A stretch of 64,000 nt of DNA from Nostoc sp. DedSLP01 (GCA_034530875.2 JAVRCJ020000035.1:1-64000); one strand, 5' to 3'. Shown: positions 40,762 through 51,662, counted from the first letter of the stretch. Numbers and translations: made by a program. The notes: generated from the sequence alone by a model not told the origin.

Positions 40762-42543
40762 ATGACACAGACGACCATTAACGATATATCGGTAGATAGT
40801 TCCTTAATCGATCCTGAAAAAGACCTGTTGGAATATGCCAACTTTGCCAAGTATCTAGCAGATAGCATTTGTAAAATGACCTTTCCTGAAGGTTTCGTAA
40901 TTGCAGTTTATGGTGCCTGGAACTCTGGCAAATCTACACTATTAAACTTTGTAGTTCGCTATCTTCAGCAAAAGCCAGAGGAAGAACAACCAATCATTGT
41001 TCCTTTCAATCCCTGGTTATTATCAGGACACGAGAATATCACCAGGCGCTTTTTTGAGCAATTACAAAACGTTTTAAGCCAAGAGTTGTCTGTACCAAAA
41101 GGTTTGAAAGAAAGACTAGCTGATTTTGCCAACATTATTTCAGACATTCCTCTACCTTACGCACAAACTGGCAAGGCATTAGCGGCATTATTGGACGAGA
41201 GAGACAAGGAAGCTACGGAATTAAAAGAAGAAGTAGAAGACACGTTAATACAGCAGCAGCGACGAATAGTCGTCACAATTGACGATATAGACCGCTTGGC
41301 TGGCGAAGATATCAAACAACTATTTCGCATTTTTAAAGCAATGCGGAATTTTACTAACGTTGTCTATCTTCTAGTTTTTAATAAAGAAGTTGTTTTAAAA
41401 GCAATGGCGGATACTATAGAAATATCTGGAGAAGCATATTTAGAAAAAATTATTCAAGTTAGTTTTGAGTTACCTATTCCCGATAAAATTGCACTCCGCA
41501 GGTTGCTTTTGCAAAAGTTGGATAATATATTTGCTGAAACACCAAAAGAACAAATTAACCAAGTTCGCTGGGGCGATATTTACTTTCAAGGAATAGATTG
41601 CTTTATTACTAGTATCGGGGATATTGTTCGTTTTGTTAATACTTTAACATTAACCTATCCAGCAGTCAAAGGTGAAGTAAACCCTATTGATTTCATCGCT
41701 ATTGAGTCTTTGCGGGTATTTTGTCCAAAGATATATACGATAATTCATCAAAATCCTCATATTTTTGTAGGAGAGGTAGACATTTCAACAGACGAACTCA
41801 AAAATCTTCTCAATACCTGGATTGCTCAACTGCCAGAGAAAGACAAGCAGCCGATTAAAAACCTGCTTATGCATCTGTTTCCTAAATTAAAATATATTTT
41901 AGGTAATCTATATTTAGATAAAAAACAAGAGATGGAATGGCAGGAACAGCTACGTATTTGTAGCTTAGAAATATTTCCTGTTTACTTTCGTCTGTCATTA
42001 CCAGCAGGAGAATTATCTAATATTCAGAAAAAAATTATCCTTGGTTTGCTGAGAAATACAGATAAATTTAGAGATTATTTGATAGAGCTTGCTAAACTAA
42101 AACTTCCAGACGGTACAACACAAGCTAGAATCTTTTTAGAAAATCTAGAAAATTCTACTCCAGACGAAATTCCTGTAAAATACATTCCGTTACTTGTGGA
42201 AGCTTTGTTTGATGTCAGCGACCAATTATTATCTCAAAAAGAGGAATCGAATAGTATTCTTGATTTTGATAATGAAGTTATTGTCAGTCGTTGTATCTCA
42301 CAACTATTGTTTCATATTGATGAAGTATCGCGGTTTGAGTTGCTAAAAAAAGCAATTCTTGAAAATAAAGCATTAGCGGTAATTAGTTATCAAATTGAAA
42401 CACTAAAAGAGCAACAAAGTCAATATAGTGCAGATAAATCTAACGATGAAGAGTGGCTGTTGAGCGTACATCACGTTAAAGAATTACAAGAAATAGCGAA
42501 GAAAGAAGAGGTAAAAATTGATACTAACTATCAAGAAGATTGA
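40762..42543 (+). CDS. KAP-family P-loop NTPase
   Basis: GAWNSGKS Walker A, FNPW, IDDIDR Walker B, YLEKIIQ. Confidence 0.88.
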   Translation: MTQTTINDISVDSSLIDPEKDLLEYANFAKYLADSICKMTFPEGFVIAVYGAWNSGKSTLLNFVVRYLQQKPEEEQPIIVPFNPWLLSGHENITRRFFEQLQNVLSQELSVPKGLKERLADFANIISDIPLPYAQTGKALAALLDERDKEATELKEEVEDTLIQQQRRIVVTIDDIDRLAGEDIKQLFRIFKAMRNFTNVVYLLVFNKEVVLKAMADTIEISGEAYLEKIIQVSFELPIPDKIALRRLLLQKLDNIFAETPKEQINQVRWGDIYFQGIDCFITSIGDIVRFVNTLTLTYPAVKGEVNPIDFIAIESLRVFCPKIYTIIHQNPHIFVGEVDISTDELKNLLNTWIAQLPEKDKQPIKNLLMHLFPKLKYILGNLYLDKKQEMEWQEQLRICSLEIFPVYFRLSLPAGELSNIQKKIILGLLRNTDKFRDYLIELAKLKLPDGTTQARIFLENLENSTPDEIPVKYIPLLVEALFDVSDQLLSQKEESNSILDFDNEVIVSRCISQLLFHIDEVSRFELLKKAILENKALAVISYQIETLKEQQSQYSADKSNDEEWLLSVHHVKELQEIAKKEEVKIDTNYQED

Positions 42544-42770
42544 ATGTAGAGACGTAGCAATGCTACGTCTCTACAAGTATTTTGGGTAATGCAGAATTAA
42601 TTTCTGGAGATGTCTAATAGACTCGCAGAATAAAATTAAAAATAAATTTACTTTTTTTTGAAAAAAATACTACTACTAGATATATAAATATTCTATAACC
42701 CACGAAAGATTAAGATATCTTCAGCACTTTCTAATATCAGGGAATATACTTTACTCATCACATTGCAGTC

Positions 42771-44471
42771 ATGGAAGCGTATGACGTTGTAATTATTGGC
42801 GCTGGTCATAATGGTTTAGTTTGTGCTGGCTATCTGTTAAAAGCTGGTTACAGCGTCTTATTATTGGAGGGGCGATCGCTCCCTGGTGGCGGTTGTACAA
42901 CTGAAGAACTGATGCCAAATGAAGCGCCTGGTTTTAAATTTAATCCTTGCGCGATTAACCATCTGTTTATTTTTTTAGGGCCAGTTATCCAAGAATTGGA
43001 ACTGCATAAATACGGCTTAGAATATCTTACCTGTGACCCGGTTGCGTTTTGTCCCCATCCTGATGGCAAATATTTTTTAGCCCATCAATCGATTGAAAAA
43101 ACTTGTGCAGAAATTGCCCGTTACAGTCAGCGTGATGCAGAAAAATATGCCGAGTACGCTGATTTTTGGCAGCGCTTTATTAAATCGGTAACTCCTTTTT
43201 TCAATGCACCGCCGAAATCACTTGTTGATATTGCTGGTAATTACAATCTCAATAGTCTAAAAGACTTATTTTCAATTGTCGGAGGTACTAATACAACCCT
43301 CGATTTACTTCGGACTTTACTCAGCAGTGCTACAGATAATATTAACGAGTACTTTGATTCTGAGTTTGTCAAAGCACCTCTGGCTAGACTTGCAGCAGAA
43401 CTGAGTTCGCCTCCCTCACAAAAAGCCATGTCCTTTGGGGCAATGATGATGATGTTGCGTCATAATCCTGGTATGGCAAGACCGCGCGGTGGTAGTGGCG
43501 GACTTGTCGATGCTTTGGTGAAGATGGTAAAAGCTGAAGGCGGTACGATCCTCACCGACCAAAAGGTAGAAAAAGTCTTGGTAGATAATGGTAAAGCTGT
43601 TGGCGTGCGGGTTGCTGGTGGTAAAGAATATCGTGCTAACAAAGGCGTAATCTCAAGTATTGATGCCAAACGCTTATTCCTGCAATTAATTGATAGTAGC
43701 GATGTGGATAGCGTTGATGAAAAATTGCGCGAAAGATTAGATCGCCGCATCGTCAACAACAATGAAACTATCCTCAAAATCGATTGTGCATTATCTGAAC
43801 CGTTGCGCTTTGTCCACCACAATCACCAAGATATTTTTCTCAAGGGTTCTATTATGATTGCCGATTCCGTCACTCATGTAGAACAAGCTCACAGTCTGAT
43901 TACTCTTGGTAAAATTCCTGATGAAGATCCATCGATGTATCTCGTCATGCCTACCGGACTCGATCCTTCAATGGCACCGGAAGGCAAACACACATTATGG
44001 ATAGAGTTTTTTGCACCCTATCAAATTGCTGGTGCAGAGGGTACGGGTTTAAAAGGTACCGGTTGGACGGATGAACTGAAAAACAAAGTTGCAGACAACG
44101 CGATCAAGAAACTTGCTCAATATTCGCCCAATCTGGAACATTCAATCATCGCTCGTCATGTAGAAAGTCCGGCTGAGTTGGGAGAACGTTTAGGGACTTA
44201 CAAAGGTAATTATTACCATATCGATATGACTTTAGAGCAAATGCTTTGCTTCCGTCCGTTGCCGGAATTAGCTAACTACAAAACACCTATTGAGAATTTG
44301 TATCTTACTGGTGCTGGAACTCATCCGGGTGGTTCTATTTCTGGTTTACCGGGACGTAACTGTGCGCGTGTGTTTTTACATCATGAGGAACCTATTGCTC
44401 AGAAGATTAAGGAGGCAGGAGGTTCGATTAAATCTGCTTTTACATCTGTCTTGAGAAGTGAATCGGATTAA
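42771..44471 (+). CDS. CrtO-like beta-carotene ketolase / phytoene-desaturase-family FAD oxidoreductase
   Basis: IIGAGHNGLV, APGFKFN, NNNETILKIDCAL, LWIEFFAPY, GAGTHPGGSISG.PGRNCA. Confidence 0.8.
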   Translation: MEAYDVVIIGAGHNGLVCAGYLLKAGYSVLLLEGRSLPGGGCTTEELMPNEAPGFKFNPCAINHLFIFLGPVIQELELHKYGLEYLTCDPVAFCPHPDGKYFLAHQSIEKTCAEIARYSQRDAEKYAEYADFWQRFIKSVTPFFNAPPKSLVDIAGNYNLNSLKDLFSIVGGTNTTLDLLRTLLSSATDNINEYFDSEFVKAPLARLAAELSSPPSQKAMSFGAMMMMLRHNPGMARPRGGSGGLVDALVKMVKAEGGTILTDQKVEKVLVDNGKAVGVRVAGGKEYRANKGVISSIDAKRLFLQLIDSSDVDSVDEKLRERLDRRIVNNNETILKIDCALSEPLRFVHHNHQDIFLKGSIMIADSVTHVEQAHSLITLGKIPDEDPSMYLVMPTGLDPSMAPEGKHTLWIEFFAPYQIAGAEGTGLKGTGWTDELKNKVADNAIKKLAQYSPNLEHSIIARHVESPAELGERLGTYKGNYYHIDMTLEQMLCFRPLPELANYKTPIENLYLTGAGTHPGGSISGLPGRNCARVFLHHEEPIAQKIKEAGGSIKSAFTSVLRSESD

Positions 44472-44642
44472 GAGAGTGTTTGTTGTTTTTTGTGTCACGC
44501 AGAGGCGCAGAGAAGCAGAGAAGAGAATGCGAAGATTTGAGATATTTCTTGTGGCGCTTTTAGATTCCCCAATAGGCAGAGAAATGCAAGGGTAATAGTA
44601 ACTAATATGTGGGTGTAGCGGAGTTATTTAGGAATATTTGCA

Positions 44643-44852
44643 ATGGCAATTGATACTAACAAAGCAACTCAATTACCTACTGAAGCTAAAGCTTATAACG
44701 GTGTCGATCGCAATGCTTGGATTTTGGGCTGGAATCCCCAACAAGAACTGTGGAATGGCCGTTTTGCGATGATTGGTTTTGTTGCTTATTTACTTTGGGA
44801 TTTGGCTGGCTATAGTGTCGTGCGTGATGTGCTGCATTGGGTTAGCTACTAA
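44643..44852 (+). CDS. High-light-inducible protein (HLIP/CAB-like)
   Basis: ELWNGRFAMIGF chlorophyll-binding motif. Confidence 0.9.
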   Translation: MAIDTNKATQLPTEAKAYNGVDRNAWILGWNPQQELWNGRFAMIGFVAYLLWDLAGYSVVRDVLHWVSY

Positions 44853-44995
44853 GCCTTGAATAATGATTATCCTCCTTGGAAAAATCAATTTAATAAACAA
44901 CTTAGTGGCGTTTTAATACTTAACCTACTTGTGAAGCGAGAGCAAATTTTTGAGTTATAGATGGACGCACTAATACAATTTTGATTGAGGGAAAT

Positions 44996-45565
44996 ATGAT
45001 AACTAAAGACACCATACGTGCAGTAGGAGTATTTGCTAATTCTCAACAGATAGAACAGGCAATTAATGAATTGAAAACTGCAAACTTTCCTAGCGAAAAA
45101 GTTTCTGTAATCGTTAAAGATGTAGAGCCGGGCGAGAAGTTAGGTGATGCACAACTAAGCGATCGCATTAACGATCGAGATGTCAATACAACTGGAGCAA
45201 TAGGAGACACGCTGACAGCAACTAGTTGGGGTACTCTGTTAGTTGGTTTGACTAGTTTGGCGCTTCCCAGTATAGGAGCTGTACTTGCAGCAGGTTCCTT
45301 GGGTGTAGCATTGGTTAGCAGCGTAGCGGGTGTTGCTGTGGGAGCCGCAGCAAATCAAAATTTGTTGAAGGCATTAGGCGATTTAGGTATACCCGAAGAG
45401 AGAGCCAGAGTTTATAGCGATCGCCTCCAACAAAGTTATTATTTGCTTATCTTAGAAGGCTCAGAAGCAGAAATTCATCGGGTTGAACCAATATTACGCG
45501 ATCGGGGTATTGAATATTGGGGTGTTTACGATTCCTCTAATACTCAAAACGATAGCTTGAATTAG
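44996..45565 (+). CDS. General stress protein (YflT/DUF1269-like glycine-zipper membrane protein)
   Basis: RAVGVF...AINELK..NF..VSV, a hydrophobic G/A-rich hairpin and LGIPEERARVY. Confidence 0.75.
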   Translation: MITKDTIRAVGVFANSQQIEQAINELKTANFPSEKVSVIVKDVEPGEKLGDAQLSDRINDRDVNTTGAIGDTLTATSWGTLLVGLTSLALPSIGAVLAAGSLGVALVSSVAGVAVGAAANQNLLKALGDLGIPEERARVYSDRLQQSYYLLILEGSEAEIHRVEPILRDRGIEYWGVYDSSNTQNDSLN

Positions 45566-45695
45566 CACTTTTGTAGATGAAAATAATGTTTAATTTCATC
45601 TACTCATTTCTACCTTTTTTATTAATTCTCAAGCTAGATGTACTTTAGAGAATTACAAACAAAACTGTAAGAAATCATCAAAGGAAATAACAACC

Positions 45696-45869
45696 ATGAA
45701 AAGTGAAAATTTAAACAATCCCAACAATACAGAGAGAACAACACTTGAGGGTGGAAGTAAAGAAGCTCTCAATCAAAAAACCTCTACACAATTTCTACTT
45801 AGTACAACACTGGTAGTCGTAACAATTGTCTTAGTTGCTGCAACCGCTTATTACGGACTCATTCACTAA
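45696..45869 (+). CDS. 57-aa tail-anchored membrane protein (absent from the ORF track)
   Basis: MKSENLNNPNNTERTTLEGGSKEALNQKTSTQFLLSTTLVVVTIVLVAATAYYGLIH*; AAGGA upstream and a hairpin downstream. Confidence 0.55.
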   Translation: MKSENLNNPNNTERTTLEGGSKEALNQKTSTQFLLSTTLVVVTIVLVAATAYYGLIH

Positions 45870-46042
45870 TCTGATTTTTTGAATAGGGCATTTTTTGTAC
45901 TCTAGGATACGAGACTTTTTAATAAAATGCCCTTTCTTTAGGTAGACGATATGTACCAATTAAGAAAGTTAGATTATTTGAGTCACTAACTGTTTTACAC
46001 TCTAAAAACTCCTCAAGCTCCTCAAATAATGTTTGAGGAGCT

Positions 46043-49000
46043 TCATTCAGATTCAAAATTTATCGGAAGGCGAATCACAAACTCTGTTCCTTGATGGGGA
46101 GAAGAAATACATTCAAGAGTGCCACCATGTTTTTCAGTAATAATATGATGGCTGATAGATAGTCCCAGTCCTGTACCTTTGTCTTCTGGCTTAGTAGTAA
46201 AATAAGGATTGAAAATTTGCTGCTGTACTTCTTTTGGGATACCGAGTCCGTTATCTGCAATGCGAATTATTACATGCTCATTTTCTAATGCAGTACTAAT
46301 AGTAATTATATTTGGTTGTTGTTCTAAATATTGATAGCTTTTACCTTCATTGGATTCTTCTAAAGCATCAATGGCATTTGCCAGTAAATTCATAAACACT
46401 TGATTGAGTTGTCCAAGGTAACAGGGAATTGGTTGTAGATTATCAAAGTTTTTTACAACTTGAATTGTTGGACGCGAAGAAGTTGCTTTTAACCGATGTT
46501 GTAAGAGCATCAATGTAGTATCTATACCTTTATGAATATCCCCGAACTTTTTTTCTCCCTCATCATTTCGAGAATAGTTTCGTAAAGATTGCATGATATT
46601 TTTAATTCGCTCTATACCTTCCTGCATCGAGTCAATCATTTTAGGCAAATCTTCTAGTAAATACTCTAATTCAATTTCTTCTTGATGTTCTTGAATGTCT
46701 ATAGGAAGATTTGCATAGCTTTGCTGGTACAGATGTAAGTGAGCTATTAAATCTGCAATGTATTGTTTAGTATAGGAAAGATTACCACTGATGAAGCCGA
46801 CAGGATTATTTACCTCGTGTGCAACACCAGCTACTAGTTGTCCAAGAGAAGAGATTTTTTCAGTTTGTACGAGTTGTGCTTGAGTTCGCTGGAGTTGTTG
46901 TAGAGATTGTTGCAACTGTAGAGATTTTTCTTGTTCGCGGGCGTAAAGGCTGGCGTTTTCAATGGCAATAGCGGCTTGTGTTGTTAAAAGCTTGAGAATT
47001 TCCTGGCGATCGCTAGTAAATGCATCGCTAGTTAAGTTATTCTCTAGATAAAATAAACCAATCAATTTTCCTTGATACGCAATTGGCGTACATAAAATTG
47101 ATTTGGGTTGATGTTTGACGATATAAGAATCTGTACTCGCAATAGTTTCTTGGGTGGCATCGCCTAAAATTAAAGTTTCTTGGGTTCTGGCAACATAGTT
47201 AATTAAAGTAACTGGGATATCCTGGCTACTTTCTATCAGAGTAGATTGGATAATTTCAAAATAACTATTTAAGGCTTTAGCAATAGCTTTGATAAATAGT
47301 TGACCATCTTGTTCTAAAATTAAACAGCCTTTTTCCGCAGCAGTATTTTCTAAAACAATATTTAATAGCTTTTTTAACAAGTTATCTAAAATAATTTCGC
47401 TGGATATAGCTTCGGCAGCTTTCATCGCCGTTCCCCAGTCCAAAGTATTATAATTAATACTAGTACTATTTGTAGTTTTGCCAATGGTTTGGTGAGTGGT
47501 TCTAGACATTAACCAATCATCCATGATTCCTTGGCTCTTATCTATAAGTTGCGTTCGAGCAATCAAATTAGGGTAGCGTTTTTCTAAATCTGTTACTTTA
47601 GCGATCGCTCCCCATTTAATATAACCATAATACGCTTCTGTCATGTATGTTTTAGCAATTTTAGTTTTACCTAATTCTAAGTAAAACAATGCAGCACGTT
47701 CGTTTGCTAAAGACTCTTCTTGGATATACCCATTTTCGGCAGCATTGGTAATAGCAGAATCGTATAAATTTATCGCTTCTAAAATTTGTCCTTTAATTCG
47801 CGCTAGTTCTGCTGCAACTAATTCATATTTATGTTGAAAATTACATGGTGCATGGTCTGCCCAATGCTTTATTTTTAATTGATTAGCCTGTACTTGTTCT
47901 AATATATAACTCTGTTTATCTGCTGTTATATGAGGATACTCAGCTAACAATGCTAATGAATAGTAAAAATAGTACACAGCGGCTAATATTAGCCCTAAAG
48001 TGGCTCTTTGATAAGGAGCCGCTTTTTCACAGTAATTAATGGCTTGCTCGTATTCTGCAAAGTTATATAGAATAATAGCTTTAGCAATATAAGTTGCAAA
48101 TATTCCTTGATAGTAAGAAGTTTGCTCAAACCAATTAATAATATCTACCTCATTGCAAATCTCTCCACTTAAGTAACATGGTTCAGCTACATCAGTCTGA
48201 AGATTTACAACAAGTTGCGTCCAAATGCTAATGTAGCTTACATAAGGTTTCTGTTTTAATTTTCGTAGTAAATCAATATATTGAGTTTGGCGATTTTTAA
48301 CTAATTCTAAGTTTTCCCCAGAGAAAAATAACTGCGTGCAATAAGCAATTACAGTCAAACCAGCATGAGTAATATTTCCAACTTCCAAACCGCTATGAAT
48401 ACCTTTAATTAATGGATTAAATGTATCTTTTATATGTTCTCTGCCAGGTAAACTATATGTACTCACTACCATATAGACTTTGACTTCTAATTCTTTATTC
48501 GGGTATTCTTCTAACAAACTGAAGGCAATTTGACCTGAATGATAAGAAGCTGCTGGATTGCCAATAATAGATTGTAAAAATGCACTATAAGCACCATAAA
48601 CATAAGCGGCTAATGGTGAATGTCCGTGTTCTAAGCAAAGATTGACCATTGTCAAAACTACTTGGGGATAAATATCTGGCGCAGATTGATAAGAAGGTGC
48701 AGAAATTTTGCTGAGAATGCGGAGACTTGCTAATTGACAAGGATTTGTCATTTCTGGAAAAGTTACTAAATCTGATAGTAATGGTAATTGCGGTAGACTG
48801 TTAACATTTCCTGTATAGCAGACAAGAGAAATTCCTAACATTTCTATTGCCTCTAGCCCAACTTGTACGGCTTGAAATTGCCGACCCTGGGCAATATTCA
48901 TGTCGATGATGAGTTCGTAAACTTTGATTTGGTCGAGTAAATGTGCCGCTTTTTGAATAACTGTATTTGATAAAACCTGGGCTACTTCAAAATTAGTAGT

Positions 49001-51442
49001 TAGATACTCCGCTTCTGCACACTCAACATAAACATCTAAAGTTAATTTATATTGAGATTGCCAGCTATTTTCAGCTAAGAGTTTTCTTGCTATCCGCAGA
49101 TAGTTTACCGCAGGTTCATGGGCAGCAGCAGCTTTTGCTTTATGTCCTGCTGTTAAATTAAATCTGGCTAATTCATCTTTTTGAGATTGCGTAGAAAATA
49201 AATCAATCCCAAAATTGAATTGATTTACAATATCGAAAATATTAGACTCAATTTCTGCTTCAGTTTTGTTTTGTAGAAGTAATTGACCAATTTTGAAATG
49301 AGTTGCTTGCTTTTGTGACTCAGGAATGAGCGAATAGGCTGCTTGCTGGACGCGATCGTGCAGAAAACGATAAGCTATTTGAGAATCATCAAACCCTATC
49401 ATGTCTAATTCTTCATCGGCAAATAATAAGGGTATGCTGTATTCATGACTCAAAGGCAAAATTAGTCCTGCCTGTAAAGCAGATTCCAAAGCTGCGGCAA
49501 CGAAAAGCGATCGCTGTTGGCTGACTGTCGCTAAAATATTTAAACTGAACCGCGCACCTATACAAGCTGCTAATTTCAGGGTATTTTGGGTAGTTTCCGG
49601 TAACTTGGCAATATTCCCAGCAATTAACTCCACTACATTCTTGTCTGCGATACCTGTCGCTTGAATTTGTGGCAAGTCCCATTGCCAGCACCCTTGAACA
49701 AAGTCAAACTTGAGTAGATGGTCTTGGTGTAAAGTCTTGAGTAGTTGGGTAAGAAAAAAGGGATTCCCTTGAGTTTTATTAAATAATAATTCTGCTAAAG
49801 ATAGAGTGTTTTCCCCATCATTGAGAGTGTCTGTGACAATTTGCTCCACATGGTTAAGTTCCAAGGGAGACAGCACAATATTGTTGACGATAGTTCCGGC
49901 TTGGGAAATTTCTTCTAATGTTTTGAGTAATGGATGAGTGCTAGTTACTTCGTTATCGCGGTATGCTCCAATTAGTAGCAAATATTGAGTGTCTGAGTTG
50001 GTCATCAAAACTTGGATGAAATCCAAAGAAGCAGAATCAGCCCATTGCAAGTCATCGAGAAATACAACTAACGGATGTTCGCTTTGGGTAAAAACTTGGA
50101 TAAAAGCTTGCAATACCTGATGAAATCGGTTTTGGGCTTCTTTTAGTCCTAGTTGAGGAATTGAGGGCTGTTTGCCAATAATACATTCAACTTCGGGAAT
50201 TACATCAATAATTACTTGTCCGTTAAGATTCAAAGCAGATAGTAACTTATGTTTCCACAGTTCTAGTTGAGTGTTAGTTTCTGTGAGTAACTGTTGTATT
50301 AGGTTTTGAAACGCCTGAATTAGAGATGAGTATGGAATATTGCGCTGAAACTGGTCGAATTTACCGCGGATGAAGTAACCGCGCTGACGAACAATAGGCT
50401 TGTGAACTTCATTGACTAGAGATGATTTTCCAACACCAGAATAACCAGATACAAGCACTAATTCTGTTTGAGATTTTGATGTTGCTATTCGCTCAAACGC
50501 AGATAGTAATATTAATACTTCTTGTTCCCGCCCGTAGAGTTTTTGCGGGATCAGAAGATGAGCAGTGCGATCGCTCTCTCCTGGGATAAAATTTGTGATT
50601 ACGCCCTGAGTTTGTAGTTGCTCTAAACACAATTCCAAATCAGCCAATAACCCAGCCGCACTTTGATAGCGGTCTTCAGCATTTTTCGCCATTAATTTAG
50701 CAATAATTGCCGCCAAAACTTCTGGCACTTCTGAGTTCAAATCCTGGATGGGAGTTGCTTGCTTGGCAATATGGCAGTAAATTAACTCTAAAGGATCGTT
50801 AGCTTGAAATGGAACCTTTTGTGCAAGCATTTCGTAAAATGTCACACCCAAGGAGTAAAAGTCACTGCGATAATCAACAGCACGGTTCATTCGCCCTGTT
50901 TGTTCTGGCGACATATATCCCAGAGTTCCTTCTATCTGGTTAGGATTGGTGATTTGGGGCGTCTCCTGATTCAAGCGTGAGGCGATGCTAAAGTCAGTCA
51001 GTTTAACTTGTTGAGTCTGAGGATTGATAATGATGTTCGCTGGCTTAATATCTTTGTGGACGATGTGGTGTTGATGTAGATAGTCAATTGTTTTGGCTAA
51101 TGAAACTGCAATTTTGAAAAAACAGAGGAGAGACAATTTTTGTGTTGAAAGCCATTGTTTGAGACTAATACCACCAAAGTCTTCGCTGACAATAATCAGA
51201 CGATGTTCGTAGTTTTCTATGCTATAAACCTTGACTACACCTTCTGAATTTAAATTTTCTGTAATTTTATATTCGTGTTTGAGGCGAAAAATATGTTCTA
51301 GGCTAGGATAGTCAGCTTTAAGAGCTTTCAAAATTACTGGTTGCTGGCTAGTTTGGGAAGTTACCCTGTAAAGAATGGTATCCATACCTTCATGAATAAC
51401 TTCTTTAAAGTTATATCCCGGTATTATGAACAGTGCCGACAC
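46043..51442 (-). CDS. Multidomain Ser/Thr kinase-AAA ATPase-GAF-histidine kinase (HstK-type); GTG start inferred
   Basis: HKDIKPAN, YMSPEQTGRMNR, GYSGVGKS, LDDLQWAD, GNPFF, GAF domain, HEVNNP, GTGLGL. Confidence 0.92.
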   Translation of the reverse strand: MSALFIIPGYNFKEVIHEGMDTILYRVTSQTSQQPVILKALKADYPSLEHIFRLKHEYKITENLNSEGVVKVYSIENYEHRLIIVSEDFGGISLKQWLSTQKLSLLCFFKIAVSLAKTIDYLHQHHIVHKDIKPANIIINPQTQQVKLTDFSIASRLNQETPQITNPNQIEGTLGYMSPEQTGRMNRAVDYRSDFYSLGVTFYEMLAQKVPFQANDPLELIYCHIAKQATPIQDLNSEVPEVLAAIIAKLMAKNAEDRYQSAAGLLADLELCLEQLQTQGVITNFIPGESDRTAHLLIPQKLYGREQEVLILLSAFERIATSKSQTELVLVSGYSGVGKSSLVNEVHKPIVRQRGYFIRGKFDQFQRNIPYSSLIQAFQNLIQQLLTETNTQLELWKHKLLSALNLNGQVIIDVIPEVECIIGKQPSIPQLGLKEAQNRFHQVLQAFIQVFTQSEHPLVVFLDDLQWADSASLDFIQVLMTNSDTQYLLLIGAYRDNEVTSTHPLLKTLEEISQAGTIVNNIVLSPLELNHVEQIVTDTLNDGENTLSLAELLFNKTQGNPFFLTQLLKTLHQDHLLKFDFVQGCWQWDLPQIQATGIADKNVVELIAGNIAKLPETTQNTLKLAACIGARFSLNILATVSQQRSLFVAAALESALQAGLILPLSHEYSIPLLFADEELDMIGFDDSQIAYRFLHDRVQQAAYSLIPESQKQATHFKIGQLLLQNKTEAEIESNIFDIVNQFNFGIDLFSTQSQKDELARFNLTAGHKAKAAAAHEPAVNYLRIARKLLAENSWQSQYKLTLDVYVECAEAEYLTTNFEVAQVLSNTVIQKAAHLLDQIKVYELIIDMNIAQGRQFQAVQVGLEAIEMLGISLVCYTGNVNSLPQLPLLSDLVTFPEMTNPCQLASLRILSKISAPSYQSAPDIYPQVVLTMVNLCLEHGHSPLAAYVYGAYSAFLQSIIGNPAASYHSGQIAFSLLEEYPNKELEVKVYMVVSTYSLPGREHIKDTFNPLIKGIHSGLEVGNITHAGLTVIAYCTQLFFSGENLELVKNRQTQYIDLLRKLKQKPYVSYISIWTQLVVNLQTDVAEPCYLSGEICNEVDIINWFEQTSYYQGIFATYIAKAIILYNFAEYEQAINYCEKAAPYQRATLGLILAAVYYFYYSLALLAEYPHITADKQSYILEQVQANQLKIKHWADHAPCNFQHKYELVAAELARIKGQILEAINLYDSAITNAAENGYIQEESLANERAALFYLELGKTKIAKTYMTEAYYGYIKWGAIAKVTDLEKRYPNLIARTQLIDKSQGIMDDWLMSRTTHQTIGKTTNSTSINYNTLDWGTAMKAAEAISSEIILDNLLKKLLNIVLENTAAEKGCLILEQDGQLFIKAIAKALNSYFEIIQSTLIESSQDIPVTLINYVARTQETLILGDATQETIASTDSYIVKHQPKSILCTPIAYQGKLIGLFYLENNLTSDAFTSDRQEILKLLTTQAAIAIENASLYAREQEKSLQLQQSLQQLQRTQAQLVQTEKISSLGQLVAGVAHEVNNPVGFISGNLSYTKQYIADLIAHLHLYQQSYANLPIDIQEHQEEIELEYLLEDLPKMIDSMQEGIERIKNIMQSLRNYSRNDEGEKKFGDIHKGIDTTLMLLQHRLKATSSRPTIQVVKNFDNLQPIPCYLGQLNQVFMNLLANAIDALEESNEGKSYQYLEQQPNIITISTALENEHVIIRIADNGLGIPKEVQQQIFNPYFTTKPEDKGTGLGLSISHHIITEKHGGTLECISSPHQGTEFVIRLPINFESE

Positions 51443-51662
51443 TATTTTTTCCTCTTTTATAAAATTCTTCTTATATCTATATATTTCCCCCTCTACAGAC
51501 ATAAATAACTACATTAATCAAAAAAAACATAATTGAGTAGTTGATTAGGTAAATCTTGAAAAATCAATAAATTCAACTAATAAAGCTGTTTGAAAATCTT
51601 TGTGCTATACCTGTATCAAAATATCCACCAATTTCATCGCGATCGCAAGGTATTGTACAGAT

